Translations under genes and position numbers: made by a program
The notes under the pieces: model-generated
Databases searched by the model: none
The model's input: only the letters and a program-made list of their open reading frames with translations
What the model was told of the DNA's origin: nothing
Part shown: positions 1-14,800 of the stretch, one piece after another
Numbering within the stretch: the stretch's first letter is position 1
How the letters are laid out: every line of letters starts with the position of its first letter
Origin: Phoronis australis
Lineage: Eukaryota > Animalia > Phoronida
Direction: 5' to 3'
NCBI GenBank assembly: GCA_002633005.1
Contig: NMRA01000106.1
Span: 105,655-169,654 of the forward strand
DNA length: 64,000 nt

Positions 1-560
1 ATTATAACATATTTTGAATCAAACGTTTGCCCAAATAGTGCCCGCCTCCAAACAAGGACTTAGTGTTTGACCCTTCGTTGCCTGCGGACTAATCACCAGT
101 GTGCAGTGCTGTACCCTCTCTAATCAACCATAGTTGGCTCCTTGGCGGTGGAGCTTTGCAGTTAATATGTATGGCAATGACCGCATCTCCATTGACAGTA
201 TTAAACGATGTACGCTGCAAGTGCAAAAAGAACATGTGTGCTGGGAAACTGAGTTTGTGCTGCAATGCTGGGTCAAACTGTACAGAAATGTGCAGCTGTG
301 ACAACTGTACTAACATCAGCAACACTGACTGCATAACACTGGATAGTTCTTTGACAAGTTAACCCCAAATAGACCTCCAACCCCATTATTTCCTTTTTTG
401 TATTAAAAAGTTATTTTTATTGGTTGATTAAGTCATAGAAAGTACATACTTTGATCATTGTCATGTATTTGTCTCACACTGCTTGATAAACGCTGTCAGA
501 ATAATCTATTATTTTCATACAGTCTTTGTGCACATTCACAGAGATCATTCAACACCTAAT
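1..560 (+). mobile_element. Degenerate 3' end of an Academ-like DNA transposase (C-terminal Cys-rich finger)
   Basis: ORF 99..362 ends in CKCKKNMC...LCC...CTEMCSCDNC, preceded by a decayed LRTNHQCAV motif. It resembles the Cys8/CXC tail of Academ-type transposases. A reverse-complement homolog lies at 9290-9885. Confidence 0.55.
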
Positions 561-923
561 CAAATCAAAACATATCTTAGAGTAAAGAAGCTAGTTACCT
601 AAAGAAATCAGCTACAGAACTACTCTTTCAGCGGTGAATCCATCTAAAATGCTTGGCTACTTCAGAAGTGTCGACGGAAGCGCACGCACAATTGATCTCC
701 GCGCGTTTTGCCGATGAGCCACGAAGACTCAGCAATTCACAATGCAAAAAATATATTTTCAGAGTGAACCAACCCTCAATTTTTTCCAAGTTGGTTTACT
801 TAGTGGGGTTTACACACGCTAGAGGTGCCGTTTTTGTTTTGATGGAGACGTTTTTTTTTATTTTTTTGGTCCTGGCCCAAGGGGGGGGTTAAACCCCCTG
901 AACACCCCGTAGATCTGCCACTG
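540..923 (+). mobile_element. Right part of a non-autonomous TIR element (same family as 6425-6953)
   Basis: Shares gcttggcyacttcagaagygtcga and the terminal ggggggttaaaccccctgaac...tagatcygccactg with the 6425-6953 element. Confidence 0.6.
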
Positions 924-1519
924 TTATGATAGAATGGCGCCGGGGAAAAAAGACAACACGTACCGTAGTTTTGATCCTAAGGGAATTGTGCGTCAACATG
1001 CATACCACCGTTGGCGTTGAAAACGAATGCTACGAGTTGCCTCAGGCCTCTGTGGTCATGAACACAGAAAGTTGTGAAAAAAGATAAATCCTTACCCTAA
1101 TTCCTTAATTCAATTAATAAACTATCATTTCGATGTTTCGATCTTATGCTAACGACATACTTTAACCACCGATTCGATTTTTGTTATCCATTTCTTACTT
1201 GGTTTGGTCAGTCTCCCAGCAAGTGACGTGTACAGGCTATGAACTGTGACCAACTTAAAAAGTAGGTCGTACAAACCAGTAAACGTTGGCTGCGAAAGAT
1301 ACGTTTATTTGAGCTTTTAATGATAATTAAGTTAGTTACGCACTGCAAAATCAGTTGACATTGCGAGTGAACATTGAAATAGCTAACATGGTTAAGGATT
1401 GTACAGGTTATGTGTACCGAAAACAAGTTTTCACCGAATAATTAACCGAAGACTGAGATTTTCACGTGTCCCACCCAGTTTAATCGGCTTTTTCTCGGCT
1501 TCGGCAAATCGACTTTATT

Positions 1520-2030
1520 TGAACTTAGGAACACTACTTCTCGAAAACGGCTCGATGCTGGATGGATTTCGCTGAAACTTTCCAAACTTGATATTTAGTC
1601 ACCAATCTCAAAAATTGTTAGGATTTTCGATACAAAGGCCTAGTTTTTACATAATGAGACAAAGACGAATACAACTTCAATTGTTTACAAAGATGCCTTA
1701 CGTTTTGCGAGTTGATTTGTCATAGGAACCAAACGAAAAGACTAATCGGAAATTCCTGAAAGCGTTTTTGAGGTAACTGGTGAAGTTTTCATTTAAAAAA
1801 GGTTTCATAAAAATCGACCGAGGGGTTATTTTGCTATGAATGTACCTTTCTTACAAATGAAATTTTGACTTAAAAAGGTTTTTACGTAAAATAATGGAAC
1901 ATAAATACAAAAAGTATATTTATATTTCCTGGTCTTTGTTCTTTCAGAAAATATATAATTTTACTAATTGACAAAGCTTAGTTTTTTCATGTACGAGAAT
2001 GGAGTCCACTAAATAAGGTTGGAGATAACC
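1520..2030 (+). mobile_element. Decayed copy of the TTAA-flanked MITE at 60351-60937
   Basis: Shared blocks such as aaaatcgac..ggggttattttgctatga...tttctt.caaatgaaa.t.tgacttaaaaa. Confidence 0.55.
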
Positions 2031-5000
2031 TACCAGCTTGTAATCACTTGTCCAGCTGTATCAATCTAGTTTCGCAGTCATATGACGGTAAGTTCAACGG
2101 ATCCGACAGCTCCTTATTTCTTCAACTGAAAACACTAAGCCCATTAAATTTCAGATCACACCGCCGTGATCTAATCATTTTGAAGGAATAACAAACTACC
2201 AATTCTGAGCCCCTGATCACTTCTAAACTGAGTAAGGAACAAGACCAGGCCGATTTACAACGATGAATGACTTAAATGCACCTTTCTTGGCAACACTGAG
2301 GCAAACCACCGGTTGTCATTGTTAGTCTAGACTATATTGTTCTTCCCTGTTAACTGACTGCGTCTGTGTATCACTACTTGTTGTTGGGCCTAGCAAGGTG
2401 GCCATTTTTGTCTTCTGTGGATGGTGTTTTAATAAACGCCGAAAAATGTCAAGCCAGTTTAAATCCGTCGTTGTTTTTATTGACATATGCTGCTACTTGC
2501 TATCATGGAGACCTTTCTTTCAGGGTGACATATTTCCCGAGGTAAAGCTGATATGTTGAAAATCAAAATATACTTCTTGAAAGAACTATATTTCATGATT
2601 CTCAAATGAATGAATATTTTTATTACTTGCCGGGTGCTGCCATCTACACGACAAATGTATCAAAACTGTTTTATAAGGAGATAATTTCTGTTGTAGCTGT
2701 ACTGTGGTTGCGAGGACATTCTTCGCAAATCATTTTGACATAATCCAGCTATATCAATGTCGCATTTATCCCTTTTTAGGTGACTAAATACAAAATTGAA
2801 TTAACTAAAGGCTTTTTACTCTCATAAAATTGGTCTCATAGCCGTTACCAAAATCATCAGTAACTAAAAAATGCATTGGAATTTATTGGGATTAACCAAC
2901 CCGAAAATTGTGAATTCGAAAATGGAGCATATATGCATTACGTGGCATATACGCAATGCGTAGCATACGCATTGCGGAGCGTATACGCACTGCATTTTAC
3001 TTGCGTTCCAGGCTCATTCGGCCATTGTTGTTTTCTGTCGATTATCAATAAACTTCTTAACTAGAAAACTATGTTTAAACCACATAACATTACAAGAATA
3101 ACTTTTCAAAACGACAAAAAGCTGTTCGATTGAACAAAGTGGACAGCCTGCATGGTGAGAGACCACATGTAGGTTAACCACTTTTCTACTTTATGAACCT
3201 TGTGGCCTTTAAAAACGGTTTTGAAATGGTAGCAAAATTTTTTACTTGTAAAGGGAGTTGAAACTGAAGTGTTTTTTTGTGAATTTAAACAATAATGTTC
3301 GTAAGTGGTAAGACATAAAATTAGTAGCATCTCCTCAAACGCTTTCCATCTCATAATGTCCGTGACTAGACCCAAGGGAGAGTAGTTTGGTTCACATTAA
3401 CGGTGTCTGTTCCATTTCACCAACATGAAAATGACACCTCAGTCCTCAAGACTGTTTGGGGCCTCCTCAGGTCGACCATTTAATTTAGCAATACAGGCAA
3501 GACTGTTCCCAAAGCAAAGCATTCACAGGTCAACTATGGTTTCGATTTATTTGAAAAATACCTAACAAAATTGTTGCGAACAGCTGCAGACTGTAGATTT
3601 ATATACAAAACTTAATAGGTTAATCCATACCATGACATATGTGTACAAAGTAACAGAGCACACTGCCATTTGCATCGACCCCCAGGGACACACATCGCTT
3701 ATAAAAATACCAGAAGTTGTTATCAAAGACTGCGCTTGATTGACTTCTGCCGGTCAGTCAGCTGAGACGTCTTATTGGTCTGTAAGCTGGAAGTCGTCAT
3801 CGAGAATCAATCAAATGATTTAGCCACCTAACGAAGTCACACAAGTGCGGCCAATGTGAACAAGCAAAACTACCTACATTAGGTCAAATTCTAGTTAACA
3901 TTTTTAACTATATACAAAACCTTAGGGAAATAATAAACACACCAACACAGTTATATACAGAGGAACCTTCTTACAGCACGGTGGTGTAAACACCTTCCTT
4001 AAACGTATTCCCGTAAGATGTATTGAGCTACCCAGATAGTTCCATCAAAACTGTAAGAAGCATATACGAAAACATTAGATTCCTCAAATGATACATGATT
4101 TAGCCTTTTCAGGTCATACTGAGGCACCTTACAAGGATCCACAGTGACGCTGACGAATGCAAGTAATGAACTGGTGTGTTCGTTACATTTGGCAATGACG
4201 CTCAAAATATATTTGCAACCAAATTCATGGGCATTACCATTCCAGGTAGGTTTTAAAGTAAAAATGTGTCCCTGGCGTTACAAAAGTTTATTAACACAAA
4301 AATGCTCTGGTTTCAATGTTTAAGTTTTCGTGACAAACAATCACTGATGAATACTGAAATACAGAAAACATTTCCACAAGTAAGTGTTAAACAATAAAAG
4401 GCTACCAAATCCAGAAAATGTGTTAGTGAATGATGCATAAAACTGCTATATATACAAAGATCATCATGCTAACCTCAAAAAAGCAGCGATACTTAAGAGT
4501 ATGCACTACTTATAAGACATTCCCCACCACAAGATTGGGTCACAAATTAGTTGTATCCAACATACACCACGCCACCAATGGCTAACAACAGGTATGAAAA
4601 TACTGAGTATACTCCCTGCGTGAGACTCGAGGACTCTGTCTTGACGTATTGACCGTAAAAAACGATATTTTTACCGAAAACTCGACGTGTCCAAAACTTT
4701 CAACCACATGACGCCACTTTTGTAAAAACATACTTACGCAATGTAAAGTAAACTCAATTACTTTTTGTTAATAGTTTATTTTAAACTTAACAATTGTAAA
4801 TTGCATTCATATTTCGTAACAATATTCAAGTTAGAATTTAATAAATGGTCTTTGAAGCTGTAATATTAAAACTTAAAAAAATATTTATCTATAACAGTCA
4901 GCAAGGCTTTCCCGCGTGACTACTGAATTGATCTTAAGGCAGTACAGCTAGACAGTCTCACCGCGTTTCTGGAGTTGGGGTTCGTCTCCGTTTGAACATA

Positions 5001-6424
5001 GATTATGTTATGAATGAACGTGGATATGGAATTCGCCGCCGAAGATTGACCTGTTTAAGAAGTTGTTTGCATGTTCTTTCTACTGGGAGTACGTACAGTT
5101 GCGACCGGACAACCGATTTGCTACTCATAACGTTGTCACCTTCACGGAATTCCGGCATTGTTTGGTTGCCGCGCGTTTGGTTGTTTTAGTGTTTTGCAGA
5201 CGATAAAATGTAAACCATATAGATTTGTACTTTGCACTACTTTGTAATTCGCCTCAGTAATATCAAGAAATTACGTACTCCGTGATATCAACCAGTCGTG
5301 TCGTAACATATTCTAGGCCATGCGAGAAAACAATTAAACCCAAAGATGTATGCGTAAAACGATGCAAACCCATAGGCGGATTTGGGGGGGGGGCAGGGTC
5401 CCTCCCCCCGGCTGCCGCAACAAAATAAAACAGCAAGAGCGTGAAGAAACATTGAGCTTATCAATTAACCCTGGTAATGAACGTGTGGCTGAAACAAGAT
5501 TTAATAATGTGTGCAATTTCAGTTTCTGTGTGTGTGTGTGTGGGCTCGTACTACCCCACTGGCGCAACCATATTCCCGTTTTTTCTAGTTTTCCGTTTGT
5601 TTTCAAGTGAAACCTCAACACTCCCAACCCTCCTACATTTTAGGCTGGGTGCGCGCATCTATGCGAGGCTGTCCGGGACAGAATGTTGTCCACCCACTTA
5701 TCATATCATATCCTAGGTCCGCCACTGAAACCGGCAATGCATTACCCAAATCCCGCATCGTAACGTATTCACAAGTCAAAATGCATATCTACAGACTTTC
5801 TTCCGGCATATGATGTGCGTTAGGCATTACTGTCTGGTTGTGTGGTTTCACGCATGCAGCATCCCAAAACTGTTATGCCTTATGTTTACGTACTCGTCTT
5901 TGCATGTGCCGTGTAGTGGCTCTTCTGGTTGAAAAATTGAGTCACCGACACACAGAAAATATGGGTAGGCCCTGGGGAACATCTGGGCGGGAGAACATAG
6001 GTCGGAGGAACATTGGGACGAGGGGACATATGATTGGGAGAACAACGGGACGAGGGGAACATATATGTACGGACTAGGAAACATGGGTTTGGGAACACAG
6101 AGACGGGGAATGTACAGGGACCGGGAAACTGCGGTACGGACCCTTATCTAGCAAGTCTCTGTCGTTGAAGGCATTATCATTGTTTACACAGACTGATAAA
6201 GTGAAACCAAAAATTCAGTCCAAACTGGGAGCACATCAAACGGAATCAGACTTTAGCCGGGTAAGTGTAGTTTAATATTTTTCTCGGAACACTGCATAAA
6301 AATCTTTAAGAGGATATGCGCACTCGCGTTGCAACAGATTGTACCGGTATATTGTTGTTGAGACAGTCTGACATTGCGCCACTTAAGGTTTTGTCTCCAT
6401 CTCATACGATATGTATGAGTAGAC

Positions 6425-6953
6425 CAGTGGCGGATCTACGTTTTAATAACGGGGGATTCGCCAAGCGCCGAGCTGGGTGCATGATCGATGAGGTAAAAAC
6501 GTTGCTCGTCTATTCACCTGAACATCAGAGTTGCAGTACTACAGTATTTTCTCTAATCATATCAAAACATATCATAGAGAAAAGACGCTGATTACGTAAA
6601 ATAATCAGCCATGTCTGCTTTTTCCCGCGGTTGTCTCCCGGATCTACGGTGCTTGGCCACTTCAGAAGCGTCGAAGAAAGCGCACACATTTGAACACATC
6701 GCAACTTGCCAATGAGTCACAAAAACTCGAAATCGTTTTCTTTTCGTGATTACAGCAAATCGCAAAGCAAAAAAGTATGCTATTTAGGGTGACCTCCCAT
6801 TTTTTCGAGGTGGTTTACATAGGGCTTACCCACGCTGGCGGTGTCGTTTTTGTTTCGATGGCGACGTTTTTTGGTTTGTTAATTTTTATCTTTTATCCCG
6901 TTTCTTGGGGGGGGGGGTTAAACCCCCTGAACCCCCCTATAGATCCGCCACTG
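6425..6953. mobile_element. Non-autonomous DNA transposon (MITE)
   Basis: 14-bp perfect TIRs CAGTGGCGGATCTA / TAGATCCGCCACTG; 2-bp AC duplication on both flanks. Confidence 0.75.
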
Positions 6954-8807
6954 ACTAGAGCAAAGATGGGTCAATATCTGGGAAAACCGGGAATCGTGGC
7001 AACTTTTTTCTGTGCGGTTTTGTGAGTGATTTTTGTTCATACCAAAAGTGTCAAACTGCGAGGAAAACAGGTGGTCTGTTAAATTGTCTGACTTATACAG
7101 GTTTTTTTATACAGACCACCAAGTGGGGCAGCTATTGGTTGTTGGACACTGTAAACCAACTCCATTTGATCTCTTCACCTCGTGTCAAATCTAAAACAAC
7201 CCGATACATTAACACACTCCCTCCCTTATAAATGAAGGAAGTGTAACGTGTAGAACTGAATAGTTGGTTGGCATCCATATAAGATTCTGACATGTATGGA
7301 CCAGGAGAGCCTGCCCGTTACTGCACCCGCGCTGTGGAATGAGTAACCCGTTTTCTCTTATGGGCTTGTCGGGATACAGCCGTGTAGTTAACACGATAGC
7401 AAGGGGAGAAAGTCGACAAACCAGTGTTTACATAGTCCACCTCTCTCATTGAAATTACGTTGTAAACAGCGCGCCTGACGCTAACCCATATTTAAACTAT
7501 TTCCGATCGACGTTCAACAAATGTCGTGAAGAAGATGATTGTGTTTTGTACTATCACAAAAAACTTCAAACGGAGAAAAACGTTTAATTTTCAGAGAAAT
7601 TAGAATTAACGTTCACCTGTCGATTCTTCTGTGCGACTATAAGCTGTGATTCACGCTTACTACCACAACATTGTGTACTTACACAATAAGTTTGTTTGTT
7701 AAGTTAAAATGAACGTAATAGATCGTGATGTTAGAAATTTCTTGGTTTTAACAGTCCAAGGAAATGACACGTAACGAGCAGGAATCGGTTTGGCCTTTGA
7801 CATCCCGCTGCGATTGACTGACAAAAAATTAGCCGCCCCATTTTTTTAAAGCTGAGCAAATAATTTTCCAAATGTAAACTGTGAGAAGTTCCATTTCATC
7901 TCACTGTTAAGGAAATTCGACTAATTATGCAAAGAAACTAGTCGGAATATTGCTGAACTTTGATCCTCGCACTAGTAACCATTAGAGAAAAACTGACAGC
8001 TTCGTACAATTTTCTTTCTATCCACCCCTAATGCTCTTGCTCTATATCAACAACGAATTGTGTGATCTTGGGTACGAAACGTTTAGTGTTTCCCATTGCT
8101 TGTCATGTAGGATCTTAGAAAAATGCAAACTTCGGAATGTTACACCTCAGAAAGGATTAGATTCATATGAGATTTTCACAAACTATACTTTATGTACTGT
8201 TCTCCAAAAGTGGTTCTAAGAAATGCTGTTAAATGAGGTGCAATCAGAATGGTATTTTTAAGATTTTTATGAAACAAATCACAATGTGCACCAATAAAAT
8301 ATTTAGGAACACGTTACTGACAAATTCAAGTACGGTGTGGCCGAATCACGCAGACTAAGTGGTAAATTAAGATACGTGTACGCGGGGTCGATGACTTTCA
8401 CTCTTGAAATAACTGTATTCCTCTCATAGTAGGATGAACTTTTATTCGAAATTGCTGGAATGCATTTCCTTTAGACCAGGGTTATCGCATCCACGAAAGC
8501 GTACATTTAGAATTCAGCGATGTTCAGCCACATGCTGTTTGGAGTCCTGCTCCCGGCCATGCAAATAAAAGACGATGACAATCATGTATTGGTATTCCTT
8601 AGTCACATGTTGACTATCCCTGTGAACATTCACCTGTATTTGTCATGTTAAAAAATCATCATGAGACAGATAATTTCCGACGAACCGGCTCCATCACAAC
8701 AGGGGACTTTTGTGATTCAGTTTCACTATTTGTGTGCTTAAGATAGTTTGATTCATGTTTCAGGTCAGTACATTTTGTTCGTAGCCAATATTGGTTGGAC
8801 GACAAAA

Positions 8808-8853
8808 ATGAACGCGTTTGGCTTCTTCTTGGGAATCTGCTACGTAGTGTGTG
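8808..8853 (+). CDS. Cadherin-like gene, first coding exon (signal peptide MNAFGFFLGICYVVC)
   Basis: aaaaATG context, hydrophobic peptide, phase-1 donor G|gtaagc matching the next exon. Upstream acceptor tttcag ends at 8763. Confidence 0.6.
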
Positions 8854-11800
8854 GTAAGCTCTTTAACACGACGTTGCAATTGTTTTTCGTTTGGTACTTT
8901 TGTACTGTAGCAGTTTTATAGCTGTATTTTAGGGTAGATAATCAGAGCATACATTTTCATGTCGCCACTGTTTTCAGTGCCATATGCAACATTTATGCAT
9001 ACTAAGCATGTAAATCTTATGAATGAATCGAAACAGAAGGCAAATGCAAGAGATGAACAGTTTTTGTTGACTGCCTGAAGTTTTAGATCAGATCATTCCC
9101 GTAGGGAAACGATTGTCGAAATCTCTCTTCTTCCCCACTGGTAGAAATGCAAACTAAGTCTGAATGTTACTAGGAGGTTATTCTGGCATTGTCTGGCAAC
9201 AAAAAACAAAAATAAAACAAAACCCTTGAGACTGGGCAAAATTTGTGCCTGAATGACTGAACGATTGACTAATGGTGTAAAATGTAGCTTGTTTGGATAA
9301 TGCATCAGAAATACGTTATAGTACAAAAACAATATAGTTGAATGATCTCTGTGAAAGTGCACATAGACTGTTTAATAGATTATTCTGACAGCCTTTATCA
9401 AGCAGTATGGGACAAATACATGACAATGACCAAAGTATGTACTTTCTATGATTTGATCAACAAATAAAATTCACTTTTTAACCCAAAAAATGAAATAACA
9501 GGGTTGGAGGTCTATTTAGGGTTGACTTGTCAAAGAACTATCCAATGTTATGAAGTCAGTGTTGCTGATGTTACTACAGTTGTCACAGCTGCACATTTAT
9601 GTACAGTTTGACCCAGCACTGCAGTACAAACTCAATTTCCCAGCACACATGTTCTTTTTGCACTTGCAGCGTTCACCGTTTAGTACTGTCAATGGAACTG
9701 CTCGCATTGCCATACATTTTAAGTGCAAAGCTCCACCGCCAAGGAGCCAACTATGGTCGATTAGAGAAGGTACAGCAGTGCACACTGGTGATTAGCCCGC
9801 ATGCAGTGAAGGGTCAAACTCTAAGTCCTTGTTTGGAGGCGGGCAGGATTTGGGAAAACGTTTGGTTTAAAATATGTTATAATGGGCTGTGTTAATTAGA
9901 GTCAGCAAGTGAATAAATGTACACTAGCCTCAATTCACTTTCGTATCTCTTAGTCGGGCACAAACAAGAACAATGAGTAGCATCAACAGTCGTTTTTTAA
10001 GATTGCCTGTTCAAATAAAACTTCATGCACACCAGCTTTCTGAAGAACAATTTCAAAGTCTTGCTTTAGTTTTGAGAGACAAATGACATCTCCATGTGTT
10101 AGAAGCTTTGATTCAATGAACTCCAAACAAAACTGCAGAAAAATATCTCTGAAAACTGTGGATTTGTCACCCTTCACAATTTTTGTCTTTCTATTTTTAT
10201 AGCATGATGATCTGTAGTAATTGGCTTCTAAGACACAAGGTCTTTATCTTTGAATTTCATTTGCATATTCAGGGCTCTGGACTGACCTGTTGCTTGCGAT
10301 ACAGGACCAAGTGAAAAAACCCGAATTGTTAACACTAATTTAACATTTAACTACGAGTGAGTTGGCATGCAAATTTTTCAGACGGACTTATCAGGAACTG
10401 GTCCACCACCAGCCTAACAAATTTACATTACCGACTGATCAGTCGCCTAAAAATGTTGATCATCTAATAATTAGATTAGTTGATGTAACTGAAAATAAAT
10501 CAGCTGATATACCTGTGCAGTGATTGAAATTTATTTTTCTTAAATCAGATGCTCATACCATAGTCAATCGATTTACACTTAAGGTAATCAACGTTTGACG
10601 AAATGGACAGTGGTTACCACCATCCTCAAATTACGACGGGGACGCTGGCCACTTTGGCACTTTAATTTAATTACCATTGCAGCTACCTAAGTAATTAATG
10701 TTTACAAAAATTTGAGAAGAGGTTCCCCCTATCTCAGGATTACGGCAGGGGATGAAGGCCACTTGGACATATCGGTTGCAACCATCTACTCCATTTAACC
10801 TTCTCAAAAATGTTTGACTTAAAAGTGCTTAAAATCACACCCACAGTATAACGCCATATGATTACCCCCAGTGTCGATGTGGCAACGGAACAAGGGAGTG
10901 TTCGAAAAACAGGATTGCACGAGTATCTGTTTAAGCTGGGAAGAAATGGAAACTCCTCAGAGGCGTTTCTCTACGCGATACTTCTAAACTTAGAGGAACA
11001 TATGGTTTAACCAGTGTGATGCATAATTTGCCGAAAAGCATCCGGCATATGGAGTACCTATGGTATGATCACCGTCTCTACTAGGTCAGCGGTATTGTCT
11101 AAGGCCTAGGCAGCCAAGGGGCTGAACAAGTTCAAAAACAACTGGTGATAATATTGAAACACACTTGGAAAACACCAAGATGTACCTTTCAAAAACACGA
11201 ACCTGTTTTTCAAAGAAGTTGTTACTTCTTTCTCTTTCTTGAAATGTGGTCCATAATATACTTTTCCTGCTAACAAATGATGCACCCATGTTTCAGAATG
11301 TTTCAATCTTGCTCAGGTTAATTGGTAGTTTCAGATTTTGGAAGTCTAATTGGTTTTCTTAGGAAATTTTGGGTAACATCTGTATCAATTTCAGCAGCTT
11401 CAGTTTTAGTACTACTGCTGGTGTCTTGAAACGTTGTTATGCCATCCTATGTACCTTCAATTTTTGGTCTAACACTTGGTCGTCTACAGCAATATACTAA
11501 GTATAGGCTATACCAGGACATGCAGCTGTTTTCTGCACAAACGTTTGTGACGACTCTTCTTTTTGATCTACTGATCTACAGAGTTCCACAGTCCATCAGC
11601 TTTCGTCAGGGTGCTTCTTTAAGTTTCTTCAGGTTCTGGCATCAAAATTATGTGCTATTTGATAAACCTTGAATTATACAGGCATCACACTCCATGGGAG
11701 CTGCACAACAATACAATCTGGCTCTCTGATTGGTCAATTCAATAGAGAAGCGCCACCAACTGGCAGGAATGTGCATAATATTTTGTGCAATAAAAACACA

Positions 11801-14800
11801 TTTTTAAAAAAATGTGCAAGTGTAGACGTGGGAGCTTTTTGGAATTTGATTTATAGGTATATTATATAGCCAAATAGAAAAAACTAGATTGTCCACCAAA
11901 AGTACTCGCAAAGATGAACGCTATGAGATCTGGCCCCCGACTACAAAGCATGTTTTAGTATGCAGTCATTCTGTCATGCGAAAGGTGGAAAAGTGATCGT
12001 TGGGGATGCGGGTTGCTCGAGCACTGCAAGTAAATCCACTGAAGCACTTTCAGGTACTAGAAATAGGTTTACTTATGCTGTGGTGTCGAGTGTAAATCGA
12101 GGGCAGATCTTGACCTCAGTAAGGCTCTGGCATTCAAGTATGCACCACATGTTATTCTGAGCGCTGATTTTTTTCAACTGGAAACGGCCGGGTTATTCAC
12201 TAGGCTACTTCACTACAATATACACTGTAGTACCGTTAGTCACACACCGGTCTTGGCTCGATTTACGCAACGTGAAATAACACTTTCGACGGCAAAGTGA
12301 CAGCACATAGGCAACGCGGTTATTGCATTTTCTTACAATGTTACAAGTAACTGAGGCGGACCTGTTTGCCTAATTTGGCAAATGGGGGGGGGCTCATTCT
12401 TTCTCCAATGTGTGTAACATCCGATGTGGTATTTTGTTGCGAAACGTGGCTTTGTAACTCATTTCCAGAAGTGGACACGTTCTACAGTACAAGTGTGAAA
12501 AGATTAGTTGATGTTAAAGGTGCAACTATCAATGACCTTATTTTACGAGACACGGCAATTGCTGACACGGAAACCGTTATCTAGTTTAATCAAAGTCAGT
12601 TTTTTACTAAGCTGCGACTAAGGACGGTTTCAAGTGTTCATATCTTACGTCAATCATTACCCAGGCAATCGCTTGCTAAAGTCCAATGGGAAAAGCTATG
12701 GCACGTTTTTTTCACGTTCGTCAACCTCCGCAACCCTGCTACTCATTCAACAGGCTTCAATCGAAAGTGAGAAATAATCTACAGAAAACTCGTTTTTCCA
12801 CTCAAACGACCCTAAACCCAGTGTTGTCCAAGGGTGCATGTACTCTGCGTCTGACACTTTATAGCACCAACGGATTGTTCTGTCGCGTGCACAGCTATCC
12901 TCACACCTACTGTAGGATCGAGTCAGGAAAGTTGGCGAGAATACTACGAGAGCTCAGACTATATCACTGCAGTGAGGTTCAATCAGAGGATCATCTATTA
13001 CTCCTTTGTTCTCTTGACAACAATATCAGGTCTGCTTTTGCCAATATACAGGACCATATACACTCATTTCGTCACTGTTGAGCCAACCCGACAAACAAAT
13101 AACAACGTATGTAACTGTGGTCATAAATTTTTTCAAACGCTTGGGATTACAGTGCATACATTTGTTATATGTCATTTTCTATTACCTCCATTTTCTACCA
13201 TAAGTTCCAGTTTGCTGTCAAGCTTTGGGGTCACTGAGTTAGAGCCACTGACAGTTTATTACTTAGTTGAACTGAATTTTATCACTTGTTTTATGTGAAT
13301 ACATTTGCGTTGAAGCCATACCGGTATTGTTCAATTTGTTATTTTTAATCTGTTTGTTAACATTTTCGTTGGACTATCGTAACTTCATATTATTTTGTAA
13401 CCATCGTTTATGACTTGATAGTCAATAAAGCTATTACTAGGCCTACATGCTTTGCTGTCAATCGTACAGTGTGCATGGTGTTCACAAAAATGCTACGGGA
13501 AACAGAGACATGTATGAAATGTAAATTGCTACGAACTAGTCTTCTCACAGGAGTGAAGGTACTGCACATCTAGAGTGTATTGACACGTGACGTACCCGTG
13601 TACGTCCAGTCTCACGAAATGAACGGGGCTATAACCCTTTTGATTATCTCTTAGTTATTTTAAGCTGATATTTCGTTTAAAATTGTTGAAAACAGCTTCA
13701 ATTACGCCTGGGACTCGGTTTCAAAACGAAGACAGGCATTAGCCTGCATTCTCACTCTATGAAAATACAATTGGTTAAGACTAGTTTTAGTGGCCGTTGT
13801 TGTAAAGCGTCTCAACACAGGTACTACGTATTTGCGTAAGACGCATTGCAATGTATTTTTTGTTGCTATTGTTTACCTCTGCTGTAAAATTTAACGGGAG
13901 AATGAATCAGAGACTTCTGCCGAAAAACGACTTCTGATTTAGGCCACGTTCTGATATAAACCCACGGTCTCGTCTTTATGCTTGCTCAGATAGGAAATGA
14001 TGACTAAACTTGATAAGATGGGACACTGAGTCGTTATTTGCTCTAGATCAGGTCCACTTATACATGTAGTTGCCTGGAAAGGAAACCAAGTTCAGTCACT
14101 AAGCTAGGCAACGTAATTGTAATCAATTTCAATTCAAAAATAGATAAAATCGTGATGATGTTGCAAATACATACACGCCCGTAAGAAAGATGATTACGGC
14201 ATTCACCACTGAATCATCTGTTCATGTTGCTTTGTCTATTTTTTCTATTTTAGTTGTGGCCAATAACCCGCCACGGGTAGTGAACTCTGTTAGGCTTTTG
14301 ATTGTACCTGAAAATCTTCCCGTGGGTGAGTAAATTATAAACATTAGTCCGAAATTCATGGAATATTGAGCAAAACAAACTGAGGTCGTCGTGATCAAAA
14401 GTCAGGATTCGTTCATAAAAAGTTGAAAGTACCTTAATTTATTTTGTGCATCTAGGTTAATGTGTTTCCGAAAGTAAAATCTGCGTTCCGAACAGAAATA
14501 TTCGTTGACTACATAGGGCACAAAACAATTGGACATGAAATAATAAGTAAATCAACATGATGATAATTAGGCCTACTTCGTAGGTGAAAACCGTCGCCGT
14601 GATGCTGAATGGAGACGTTTAAACAATCTAGACTCAATTTGGAGTAATTAATTTTAAGCACGTTGAATAAAATAAATAACGAAGGAATGGAATCTCTTGC
14701 AGATAACTCTCTAATTCAACTAATTTTCATTTTAATTGTTTTTGCCCGGCCAGGAAGCTCTATTTCCAACATTTTTACGGAGGACCTAGACGGAGACTTA

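Noticed and set aside
99-362. Cys-rich ORF resembling metallothionein or tesmin
   Set aside because: Part of a decayed, repeated transposase tail with stops upstream.
3100-4700. Possible very old minus-strand CR1/L2 RT remnant (CKVPQ...VFVYA)
   Set aside because: Motifs too degraded to call.
6150-6266. Candidate 5' UTR exon of the cadherin gene (CGG|gtaagt at 6260)
   Set aside because: Only a donor motif; cannot be supported without transcripts.
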